A stretch of DNA of 64,000 bases from Phycisphaerae bacterium. GTDB lineage: Bacteria; Planctomycetota; Phycisphaerae; SM23-33. The stretch is from NCBI GenBank assembly GCA_041661865.1, contig JBAZTO010000005.1, positions 28,128 through 92,127 of the forward strand, given 5' to 3'. The notes under the pieces are model-generated. The model had not been told where the DNA came from. It saw nothing but the letters and a program-made list of their open reading frames with translations, and ran no database searches. Position 1 is the stretch's first letter. Each line of letters opens with the position of its first letter. The translations under genes and the position numbers were made by a program. Positions 27,595 to 36,206 of the stretch are shown here, one piece after another.

Positions 27595-29371
27595 CACGTT
27601 CCTGAAGCTCTTCCTGGGCAACCTTCTGGTGATGGGTATCCTGCTCACCCTGGGAGGGTGGGTTGCCTTCAGCCGCCTCGACGCCGGTTACAAACACGAA
27701 TCCCAGCAGAACCAGGACCGAACCCTCCGCCTGGCGACACAGCATTTTGAAGAACTCTGGCCGCTGGAGCAGCCTCGGGTTGATCGCATTTGCAAGCAGA
27801 TGTTCCACGACCCGACTGAGCGGCTCACGGTGGTCGTCGCTGACGGAACAGTGCTGGGCGACAGCAGCGCCGACCCGCACACGATGACCAACCATCGCAC
27901 GCCCGACCGGCCGGAGATCCTGGCGGCACTCTCGGGCCAAGCCGGCAGCAACACGCGGCAAAGCGGCACCCTGGGCCTACCCATGCGATATGCGGCCTTG
28001 CCCCTGCGTCACGATGGGCAGGTCGTGGCGGCGATTCGGCTGGCCGTGCCGGTCAAGGCCATTGCGGAGGGCGAGTCATTCCTCCGCCAAACCCTGGTTT
28101 GGGCAGCCTTCGCCGGTATCGTGACGGCCGTCCTGCTGGGCCTGCTCATCAACTGGATCTGGTACGTCCCACTGCGGCGCGTGGCAATCGCGGCCCGGCA
28201 ACTGGCCTCGGGCGACCTGTCCAAACGGGCACGAGCCGGCGGCGGCGGCGAACTCGAAGAACTGGCCCGGTCGCTCAACGAAATGCGCGACCGCCTGCGC
28301 GAACAGATCAGCCGGCTGGACGCGCAAAGCCGCAATCTACAGACCGTCATGGCCAGCTTGCAGGAAGGCGTCATCGCCACCAATCCAGCCGGCGAGATCG
28401 TCATGATGAATCGGGCCGCCGGCGCCTTGTTGTCCGTCAGCGCCGATCAGGCATCCGGCAAGCGGTTGGACACAACCGTGCCGGTACCGGAGCTCATCAG
28501 CGTGCATGACCGCGCGGGCAAGATGGATAAGACGGTCAGCGGACAGTTTGATACGGACGCGCCCCAGGGCAGGCGATCCATTGAAGTTCACGCGATGCCG
28601 GTGGCTGACAGCGGGCCCGATGTCGCCTGCGTGCTGGTCATTCGCGACGTGACGGACCTGGCCCGCGCGACGGCCATGAAAAGCCAGTTCGTGGCCAATG
28701 CCTCCCACGAGCTTCGCACGCCGCTGGCGACGATCCGGGCGGCGGTGGATTCCCTCTCTGCCTCCGATCCTGGCGACAGTAATGAAGTCCGCAAGCTCTC
28801 AGCCGTGCTGGACCGCCACGTCTCGCGACTGGAGGGCATGACCAACGACTTGCTGGACCTGCACATGGTGGAGTCGGCCAAGGTCGCCCTTCGCCTTCAG
28901 GACATCACCCTCGGCGACCTGGCGGAGTGGGTGCGGGCACAATTTGCCACAACAGCCCAGGAAAAGGGGCTGACACTTGAAGTGGCCGCCGACCAGCGCG
29001 ACAACCGGCTTCGCAGTGATCGCAAGCTGCTGGAACTGATCCTCCGCAACCTGCTGGACAACGCCATTAAATTCACGCCCGCGGGCGGGCGCGTGGAGTG
29101 CCGTTTTGAGACAGCAGGCCAGGCCGTGACCCTCCGCGTTTGCGACACCGGCTGCGGCATCCGCCCGCAGGATCAGCCGCGGGTCTTTGAACGCTTCTTC
29201 CAGGGCGAAGCCTCCCGCACCGGCGATAGCCGCGTCCGAGGCACGGGCCTGGGCCTGGCCATTGTCAAACACGCCGCCGAACGTCTCGCCGCCCGCATCG
29301 AACTTCAGAGCGAACTCGGCAAGGGCACAAGTGTGCTCGTTCTTCTTGGCTCATCCGGCGCGACAGGTTAG
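27581..29371 (+). CDS. phoR: Sensor histidine kinase (PhoR-like: TM, HAMP, PAS, HisKA, HATPase)
   Basis: It has the H-box ASHELRTPLATI and the G-box GTGLGLAIVKH. Its start overlaps the phoB stop by 14 nt. Confidence 0.8.
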   Translation: MKPHSTFLKLFLGNLLVMGILLTLGGWVAFSRLDAGYKHESQQNQDRTLRLATQHFEELWPLEQPRVDRICKQMFHDPTERLTVVVADGTVLGDSSADPHTMTNHRTPDRPEILAALSGQAGSNTRQSGTLGLPMRYAALPLRHDGQVVAAIRLAVPVKAIAEGESFLRQTLVWAAFAGIVTAVLLGLLINWIWYVPLRRVAIAARQLASGDLSKRARAGGGGELEELARSLNEMRDRLREQISRLDAQSRNLQTVMASLQEGVIATNPAGEIVMMNRAAGALLSVSADQASGKRLDTTVPVPELISVHDRAGKMDKTVSGQFDTDAPQGRRSIEVHAMPVADSGPDVACVLVIRDVTDLARATAMKSQFVANASHELRTPLATIRAAVDSLSASDPGDSNEVRKLSAVLDRHVSRLEGMTNDLLDLHMVESAKVALRLQDITLGDLAEWVRAQFATTAQEKGLTLEVAADQRDNRLRSDRKLLELILRNLLDNAIKFTPAGGRVECRFETAGQAVTLRVCDTGCGIRPQDQPRVFERFFQGEASRTGDSRVRGTGLGLAIVKHAAERLAARIELQSELGKGTSVLVLLGSSGATG

Positions 29372-29524
29372 ATCCGCCAGACCTGCTTTTTCCCCGGTTG
29401 CCTCCAAACTGTGAGAATGGGGGCGGCGATAGGGCTTCCAGAGAACGGGAAGCAGAGGGCAAAGATCAGGGACAAGCGTCAGACTTTGCCTCCAGTGGCC
29501 TGCCGTCGCGTATCCATAAATCAA

Positions 29525-29560
29525 CGGACAACTGGAACCAGTTTCCTGGTTCCAGTTGTC
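29525..29560. terminator. Perfect 14-bp stem hairpin between the convergent phoR and lyase-like genes
   Basis: GGACAACTGGAACC-agtttcct-GGTTCCAGTTGTCC. Confidence 0.6.
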
Positions 29561-29597
29561 CGAGTTTACATCTCAACACATCCAACAACTTCCGCGG

Positions 29598-31820
29598 TTA
29601 GTGGCCCGCTGTGACGCTGTTGGGATCAACACGGTACTGGAGGTAACGCTCGAGGTTGGTGTACTCGTCGTTGGAATCCAGGTCGCCGTTGTTGTCGGCG
29701 GTGTTGGGATTGGTGCCGTACCAGTTCTCCCAACTGTCAGGCATGCCGTCAGCATCCGTGTCGGTCGGCGTGGTGCCGGTGGCCAACGACGGGAAGGCGG
29801 GCGTGCTGCTGATGATGCTGCCGTTACGGTTAGTCACGCTGTTGATGACACTCGTGTCACGGCTGTCACGCGCCGGAAGGGTTGCCCCGACGCCGGCCAG
29901 CACCGCCTGGTAGGCCGTGTTGGCGTCGGAGGCCGTGACGGCATAGGCCGAGTCGATCGCGAAGGCCGAGCCCACGATCGTCCTGCCACCCTTGAAGTTG
30001 TTGTTGGTCACGGCAACGCCGTCGTGGGAAGTGTCCTTGTCGGTGTCGATATAGTTGCCGGTATGATAGACACGGCAGGTGGCGCCGCTGGCACTGGTGT
30101 TCATTACCGTGTTGCAGTAGGAAGCGGCTCCCGTGTTGGAACCGGCGATGGCGTAGTTGCCAACCCAGTTGGTGTTGAGGTATTCCGCGCCTACGCAACC
30201 CCAGCAGCCCCAGTCCTGGGTGGTGCCCCAGTTGTACGTCACATTGTTGACGTAGTCCATCAGGAAATCATTAGCGCCATTCTGGGCGCCGGCGCGGGGC
30301 GTACGCCCAAGATGGTGCGCATAGAGGTTATGGTGCCAGCTCATCCGGACCCCGCTGGTCTGCGGGCCAATCAATGAGCCGTAGCCGTGCGCGGCGTCGT
30401 TGATGCCTTCGCTGATGATGTTCCAGGAGGCGGTGAGATTGGTCCCCCGGGCCGAGAAGCACTCATCTTTGCCCCAGGACACCGAGCAGTGGTCGATGAT
30501 CGAGTTGTAGCACGCCGTATCCAGGCTATCGTCAGTCTGGCCTGCATTGGTGCCGATACGGATACGCAGGTATCGCATGACCAGGTCATGGATTCCGGCG
30601 CCGGGGCGGATCTTGTAGTTCTTCGTGCAGATGCCGCCGCTGTCGCTGGGGGCCGTCTGGCCGGCAATGGTGAGGTTTCCATCGCCCCAGGGGTCGATAA
30701 AGAGCGTGCTGGCGAGCGTGATGGTCCCGCCGACGTCAAAGATAATCGTCCTGTTGCTGGCGATACCGTCACGGAACGAACCGGCGCCGCTGTCGTTGGT
30801 GTTCGTCACATGGTACACGTCACCGCCACGTCCGCCGGCGGCGAAGGCGCCGAAGCCCTCGGCCCCGGGGAAGGCACGCAACATGGTGTGGTAGATGGCC
30901 ACAAGCTGCGTGTTGCTGTTGCGCAGCTCGGTGGTCCAGCCCATCGGCAGATTGGTGAAGTTGCCGCTGATGGTCCCGCCACCAGTACACGAGATAATCG
31001 TGAATTCCTGGTGATTGGACGGCTCGTATCCGCCAATCAGGTTCACCACCAGCGTGCAGCCGCCGGTCAGCGTAACATTGCCCGACACGTCAACATACGT
31101 GCAGTCGCCGTTGGCGACTTCCGCCTTGAACACGCCATTGGCATTGACGGTCATGGCGCCGTTGACGTCGCAGGTGGCATCTTTGCCGACCTGTAGCGTG
31201 CCGCAAGTCGCATTCAGCCCGGTGCAGACTAGGTTCCCGCCAGTCAGGTTGTATTCGCAGGTTTTGTAGTTGGTATACCCAATCTCCACCGAACCGCTGG
31301 CATTGACATTACCGCCTGACTGGTACATGTACCCGCCGGCGTTGCGATCACCCATGATGATCGATCCAGCGGTTAGCGTCCCGCTGTTAAGGTAATAGTA
31401 ACCCCTGACGCCACTGTAACTGCTTGAGCCGCCATCAGCGATATAAAGCTGATTGCCGCCAAGATTCACTGTTCCCGTTTGCACCAGCTTTCCGCTGGCG
31501 GTGGAGGTCTTGGGATCCCCCACCCTCATGAAATTGGTGACGGTCAGGGTTCCCGCAACCGTCAGGGTGGGCATGGTCGACTGCCCGACATAAACACGAT
31601 AGATACTGTTGGTCGAATAGCCGCTGGGGACCGTGCAGGCGCCCCCAGCCTTGGCAATCTCCGCGTTATCCCCGCCGGAGGGAACGTTCGCGGGGTTCCA
31701 GTTCCCCGAGACGTTCCAGTTGCCGCTGGCCACGTTCCAAGTGTGGGTATCGGCCAGGCTCGTCCCGGCGGCGAGCGCCAGGGCAGCCAGGGCCACGACA
31801 AATGTAGTTGTAGCTTTCAT
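29598..31820 (-). CDS. Secreted pectate-lyase-like protein with autotransporter-associated beta-strand (PATR) repeats and a C-terminal TSP3-like Ca-binding region
   Basis: It has a signal peptide and N-terminal repeats with GG...T.SG motifs. The core AFPGAEGFGAFAAGGRGGDVYHVTNTNDSGAGSFRDG resembles PL1 pectate lyases. The C-terminus is DTDADGMPDSWE...NNGDLDSNDE. Confidence 0.6.
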   Translation of the reverse strand: MKATTTFVVALAALALAAGTSLADTHTWNVASGNWNVSGNWNPANVPSGGDNAEIAKAGGACTVPSGYSTNSIYRVYVGQSTMPTLTVAGTLTVTNFMRVGDPKTSTASGKLVQTGTVNLGGNQLYIADGGSSSYSGVRGYYYLNSGTLTAGSIIMGDRNAGGYMYQSGGNVNASGSVEIGYTNYKTCEYNLTGGNLVCTGLNATCGTLQVGKDATCDVNGAMTVNANGVFKAEVANGDCTYVDVSGNVTLTGGCTLVVNLIGGYEPSNHQEFTIISCTGGGTISGNFTNLPMGWTTELRNSNTQLVAIYHTMLRAFPGAEGFGAFAAGGRGGDVYHVTNTNDSGAGSFRDGIASNRTIIFDVGGTITLASTLFIDPWGDGNLTIAGQTAPSDSGGICTKNYKIRPGAGIHDLVMRYLRIRIGTNAGQTDDSLDTACYNSIIDHCSVSWGKDECFSARGTNLTASWNIISEGINDAAHGYGSLIGPQTSGVRMSWHHNLYAHHLGRTPRAGAQNGANDFLMDYVNNVTYNWGTTQDWGCWGCVGAEYLNTNWVGNYAIAGSNTGAASYCNTVMNTSASGATCRVYHTGNYIDTDKDTSHDGVAVTNNNFKGGRTIVGSAFAIDSAYAVTASDANTAYQAVLAGVGATLPARDSRDTSVINSVTNRNGSIISSTPAFPSLATGTTPTDTDADGMPDSWENWYGTNPNTADNNGDLDSNDEYTNLERYLQYRVDPNSVTAGH

Positions 31821-32242
31821 ATTCTCTTCTTCCTTTTGTGGGTGCAGCCTGTTGGCCGCAAAAATGATACGGCACTTCGTTTCTTCGCAACAATCACGAC
31901 AGGGTCTTCAAGAGCATTTGTCTCCTTACTCGAGCCCGCTCTCTGGCCAACATCCAGCCTCGGGCCGACTGCGCTGCCCCCCGTAGGGGAACGAACCTTC
32001 CTGGTCCATAACTGCCGTACTTTGAACTGCCTGTGATAACGACGAGTTAATCGCGGATAACCAACCGAAATGACGTGAGGCGATTGATGGCCTCTCTCAT
32101 TTACAAAACTGCGAATATCGTTGACCTGAACGGAAGATGAGGTGGACCCCATTCAGTAAGATCCACCTCATCCCTAGCGCAGCTTCATCATCGCCGTTCC
32201 GGACATCTGGAAAAGGAGACCAGTGTCCCGATTACCTCATGG

Positions 32243-34093
32243 TCACTTCGACCCACGACGACGAATCAGCGCCAAACCGCCCAGACCCAGCAGAGTCATA
32301 GTCGCCGGCTCGGGAACCTGCATGTCCGGAGCGGGAGCGGCCGACTGGCCGTTCCAGCCCCAGTTGCCGGCCAGCAGCGACAGGTCGCCGGTGCCGACCA
32401 CGCCGTCACCGTTGAAGTCGCCGTTGGTCCAGGTCTTGCCGCTCTGGCCCCAACTGCCGGCCAGCAGGGACAAGTCGCCGGTGGAAACCAGGCCGTCACG
32501 GTTGGCATCACCCTTGCGGGCATAAATATTGGTCTTCACCATGTAATTGGCCGTGGGGCCGCTGCCGCCCGGCCAATAGATGCTGCCGTTCCAGGCCAGC
32601 GCCGTCACGTTGGGGTCGATCAGCCCATTGGCGTCAGCGAACGCATAGTTGCTGGCGTTGACCGTCAGGTTGCTCGTGAAATTGGTGAAGTTGCCGCTGC
32701 TGCCGCTCCCGTTGAAGTTGGTAATGACCGCAAAGTCCTTGTTCGCATAGGGGACGTAGGAACTCGACAGCATCTGCACGTCGAGCGTTCTGCTGGCTAG
32801 GCCCGTAAGATCAAGGTCTGAACCGCTTATGTCGATGTTCGAGTAATCGGTGGCGCTGCCGATTTCGACACCGACCTTGACCGTGCCGGAGGTGTCGCTG
32901 TTGGCACTGGTCTCCAACCCGAAGATCTTCACCGTGGCATCCTTGCCGACATTCAAGGTGGCCTGGATCGGGTAAGCGCCAACGCCCAGGAAGACTCGCT
33001 TCGAGGTCAGCAGCGTGCCGGTGCCGGTCACTTCAATCAGGCCCTTGGAGATGCCGGTGCCACCGGCAGTGGGGTGATCGCCGACAATTATGCCGCACCA
33101 CCCTACGCTGACGTCGTGTTGGAAGGTGCCGCCGGAAATCTTCAGGGCGCCGTTGCCGTCATAGTTGAAGTTGTTCACCTGGCCAAGTATTAGCCACGGG
33201 CTGGCACTGGTGCTTGCCTGCCCCCAGACCATCGAGCCGCCGGTCACGTTGATCAAGCCCGTGGCGGTGCCGCTATAGAATCCCGGATTCCCCATCCCGG
33301 CTCCGCCGATCACCGGCGTACTGGGGCATTTGATGATGGCCTCTCCGGCGTTCATATTATAAATGCCGGTGCCGCCGTTCCTTCCAATGTAGGAAAAGCC
33401 GTTGGGCTCATACAAGCTGCCGCCGTTCTGGTTGAGGATGCCCAACCCGCCGGACATGCCGATCTCGCCTGCTTCAGCCATGCCGCTGATGAGATTGCCG
33501 CTCTGGAGATTGTATGTGCCTTTTGGAATATAGTAGCTGTTGCCGTCCGGAACGCCGGTATAGACGCCCCCAGTGAATCCCTCGCCGACGTACAGGCCGC
33601 CGTTAGTCAGTGTGACGTCGCCGTACTGGGTCACCGTTCCATCATACCGGGTTGCCACCTTCAGCTTATAACCTGCCGTCAGGCTGGCGCCACTTTGGAT
33701 CACCAGGCTGCTCGCGGCCTGATACAGGATCGGGTAGTCGGTGGTACCGGGGGCATAGCCTTCGATCAGCCCGACCCTTTCGCCGCCGACGATGGGCGAA
33801 TACGCCGTGGCGGATGTTCCGGACGTAATGGTGCAGGAAGCTCCATTACGCACATACACCTGGTCGCATGCATCAGGCGTCGCCGTCGGGAATTCCGGAT
33901 GGTCGGCGCCCAGGTAGGAGTCGGTAACCTTGTTTCCGCGGGCGCCGGGAAGCACGGTGAAGTTAGCGGTGCCCCAGGTGCCGTTGGTCGTGTTGAAATC
34001 AATACTATTGGAATCAAGGGCCAGGGCCGAACCACTGCCCACGGCGATCATCGCCACACAAGCAACCAGGCAAAGCCATAATTTGATACTCAT
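32243..34093 (-). CDS. Secreted PEP-CTERM protein with dockerin-type repeats, paralog of 17991..20606
   Basis: It has a signal peptide. The C-terminal cassette DANRDGLVSTGDLSLLAGSWG...DFNGDGVVGTGDLSLLAGNWG...VPEPATMTLLGLGGLALIRRRGSK is nearly identical to the other paralog. Confidence 0.85.
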   Translation of the reverse strand: MSIKLWLCLVACVAMIAVGSGSALALDSNSIDFNTTNGTWGTANFTVLPGARGNKVTDSYLGADHPEFPTATPDACDQVYVRNGASCTITSGTSATAYSPIVGGERVGLIEGYAPGTTDYPILYQAASSLVIQSGASLTAGYKLKVATRYDGTVTQYGDVTLTNGGLYVGEGFTGGVYTGVPDGNSYYIPKGTYNLQSGNLISGMAEAGEIGMSGGLGILNQNGGSLYEPNGFSYIGRNGGTGIYNMNAGEAIIKCPSTPVIGGAGMGNPGFYSGTATGLINVTGGSMVWGQASTSASPWLILGQVNNFNYDGNGALKISGGTFQHDVSVGWCGIIVGDHPTAGGTGISKGLIEVTGTGTLLTSKRVFLGVGAYPIQATLNVGKDATVKIFGLETSANSDTSGTVKVGVEIGSATDYSNIDISGSDLDLTGLASRTLDVQMLSSSYVPYANKDFAVITNFNGSGSSGNFTNFTSNLTVNASNYAFADANGLIDPNVTALAWNGSIYWPGGSGPTANYMVKTNIYARKGDANRDGLVSTGDLSLLAGSWGQSGKTWTNGDFNGDGVVGTGDLSLLAGNWGWNGQSAAPAPDMQVPEPATMTLLGLGGLALIRRRGSK

Positions 34094-34825
34094 TTTTCCA
34101 TCTCCTTTGATGTGTTGCAGTTGTTTCGCTCCTTTGACATGGCCGCCAAAGTCTTGCCATTGGAAAAGAACCCATTGCGAAACAGAATGGATGCCGATTT
34201 AGGCAGGGACCAGCGACACGACCACACATCGTCTCGCCGTGGGGCTTGTGACCCCAGAATCAACACCCGCTCCGTTCGCTAGAGATCCTTTCAAATCCTC
34301 ATTACCGAACAGCCAAGATCCAAAACTCAGGCGATTGTCCAGAACTCTGGGGTTTAGAATACCACACGACTGACCCTCGTGCAACAATATTCCCGGCACT
34401 GACCGCACTTTTTTTCAATCACAAAATTCAGACAATTTAATTGATTGCACTAAAACGGACCTATCAGCCCCATTATCGCGTCATCACGCAGTAGGTATTC
34501 TGAACAGCAATCTAATGAATACAAAACATAACATTATATAAATTAAAGTGTTGTGTACATTTACAAAAATAGTTTTCACCTATCGCTTCACAAATTCCCG
34601 GACATGACCGCACTTGTCCGCACAATTTCGTTGCTAAATACAGTGTGTGACGTTATACTGAATTCCTTAATCCTTAGGATGCCAAGATGAATGAAGAATG
34701 CGCAGGGTCCGCTGGAACGGCGGTAAGAACGAGTCCGTAAGTATTGAGGTCGGAGCCTTGAATGTTATCTTGCTTGTTGCCCAAGAGGAGTCTGGCTAAA
34801 CTCCTTTCAAGGGAGAAGCCCTTGT
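34094..34825. promoter_or_regulatory. Unusually long AT-rich intergenic region with two ~22-bp direct repeats (34389-34410 and 34593-34615)
   Basis: GC falls to ~40% against ~65% for the window. The repeats are attcccggcactgaccgcactt and aattcccggacatgaccgcactt. A TATACT -10-like hexamer is at ~34652. Confidence 0.5.
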
Positions 34826-34831
34826 TTGATT

Positions 34832-35890
34832 ATGATGGCGGAGAAATATATGAGCGATGCACTTGAGACAAGGGCAAGGCAGCAGGAGATCGCCTCTCTA
34901 TCAAAGGTGTCCCGGTCAACCGTATCCAGATGTCTTCGTGGGAAATCCGACGTTGACCTCGCGACCCGCGCCAAAGTGCTGAAAATCGCCAGCGAACTGG
35001 GCTATAGGCCCCCTGCCACGCGCGCCATGTCGGAATCCTGCATAACCCTGGGCGTGTTTATCGCCAACAAACCTCACCACGGAGACCTGAGCAGGACCTA
35101 TCTACAGGGAGCCAGTCTGGCGGCCGAAAAGCTTAACGCCCTGGTCACCGTCAGCTATACCTCCCCTTGTGAACAGGCAGTCCCCTCGGACGTTATTTTG
35201 TCCTCCCCTGCTCTTGAACCCGGCAGACTCAACGGCTCCATCCTGATCCATCATGATATTGCCGAACCTGTGGCCCGCCGCCTGGCTTCCCTGGCGCCTT
35301 GCGTGGCGATCGCTCATGAATATCCAGGGCTGGGCATCAGCCACGTTGAGGCTGATAATCTCGGCGGAATTCGCACCCTGATGGAACGGTTGCACGCGCT
35401 GGGACATACGCGGATCGGTTTTGCCGGAAGCTTCCCGTGTGATTTCCTCTGGTATCGCCGCCGTCTTGCCGCGTACCTGGAGTCCCGACTCTTCCTCGCT
35501 CTTCCGGAAGATCCCAGGTACTGCATCCGCGCCACCACAAGAACCCAGGCCGGTTACGACGAGTTGGTTTCGCAGCGGATCATCCCTCTGATCGAGGAGG
35601 GGGTCCGGGCCTGGATGTGCGTCAACGATCCAATGGCTGTTGATGTCTGCCGACGGTTGGTCGCCGCCGGCTATCGCATTCCGCAGGACGTGTCCATCAC
35701 CGGCTTTGATGGGTTGAAGTCGGTCCTGCCACAACCTCTTACCACAATACGTCTGCCGGCCAAAGCAATGGGGGCGGCGGCGGTCCAGTTGTTGGTGCAG
35801 CAGATCAGAAACACCGAGTGGGCCGCGCAAACGATGGTCGTGGGCGTGGAATGCATCGAGGGTGAGACGATCGGTCCCTGCCCCGTATGA
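34832..35890 (+). CDS. LacI-family transcriptional regulator. The start is ambiguous: TTG at 34826, ATG at 34832 or ATG at 34850
   Basis: The N-terminal HTH is IASLSKVSRSTVSRCLRG, followed by a periplasmic-binding-protein-like sugar-binding fold. Confidence 0.8.
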   Translation: MMAEKYMSDALETRARQQEIASLSKVSRSTVSRCLRGKSDVDLATRAKVLKIASELGYRPPATRAMSESCITLGVFIANKPHHGDLSRTYLQGASLAAEKLNALVTVSYTSPCEQAVPSDVILSSPALEPGRLNGSILIHHDIAEPVARRLASLAPCVAIAHEYPGLGISHVEADNLGGIRTLMERLHALGHTRIGFAGSFPCDFLWYRRRLAAYLESRLFLALPEDPRYCIRATTRTQAGYDELVSQRIIPLIEEGVRAWMCVNDPMAVDVCRRLVAAGYRIPQDVSITGFDGLKSVLPQPLTTIRLPAKAMGAAAVQLLVQQIRNTEWAAQTMVVGVECIEGETIGPCPV

Positions 35891-35905
35891 GACGTTAGCC
35901 TTCTT

Positions 35906-36008
35906 GGGAGCATTTCAGTTTCCGGGAAGCTCCGAAAAAGGGTCTTTCGGTGGCACAGCCAAGAAAGACTGTGCCACCAGCATTTTCCCGAAAACCGAAA
36001 TGCTCCCG
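35906..36008 (+). terminator. Nested inverted repeats downstream of the LacI gene and upstream of bglX
   Basis: Outer arms gggagcatttc/gaaatgctccc (11 bp) enclose the inner hairpin GGTGGCACAG-ccaagaaaga-CTGTGCCACC, followed by cattttc. Confidence 0.5.
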
Positions 36009-36206
36009 GTCCTCTTTTTTCCCCGCATTAACGGCCTGTGCGGCCAACACACAGGCTTCCTGCCGCATTAAAAACCTCGTGCGAAATTCATTGATGCGGT
36101 AGATAATGCTCCAGCCTGTGATGCCCGGATTCCTGGCGGCAGAACTCATCACCGTGGTGGCTGCGTTTCCAACCCCGGATAGCTAATTTGTCTTTGGAGA
36201 CTGTCG

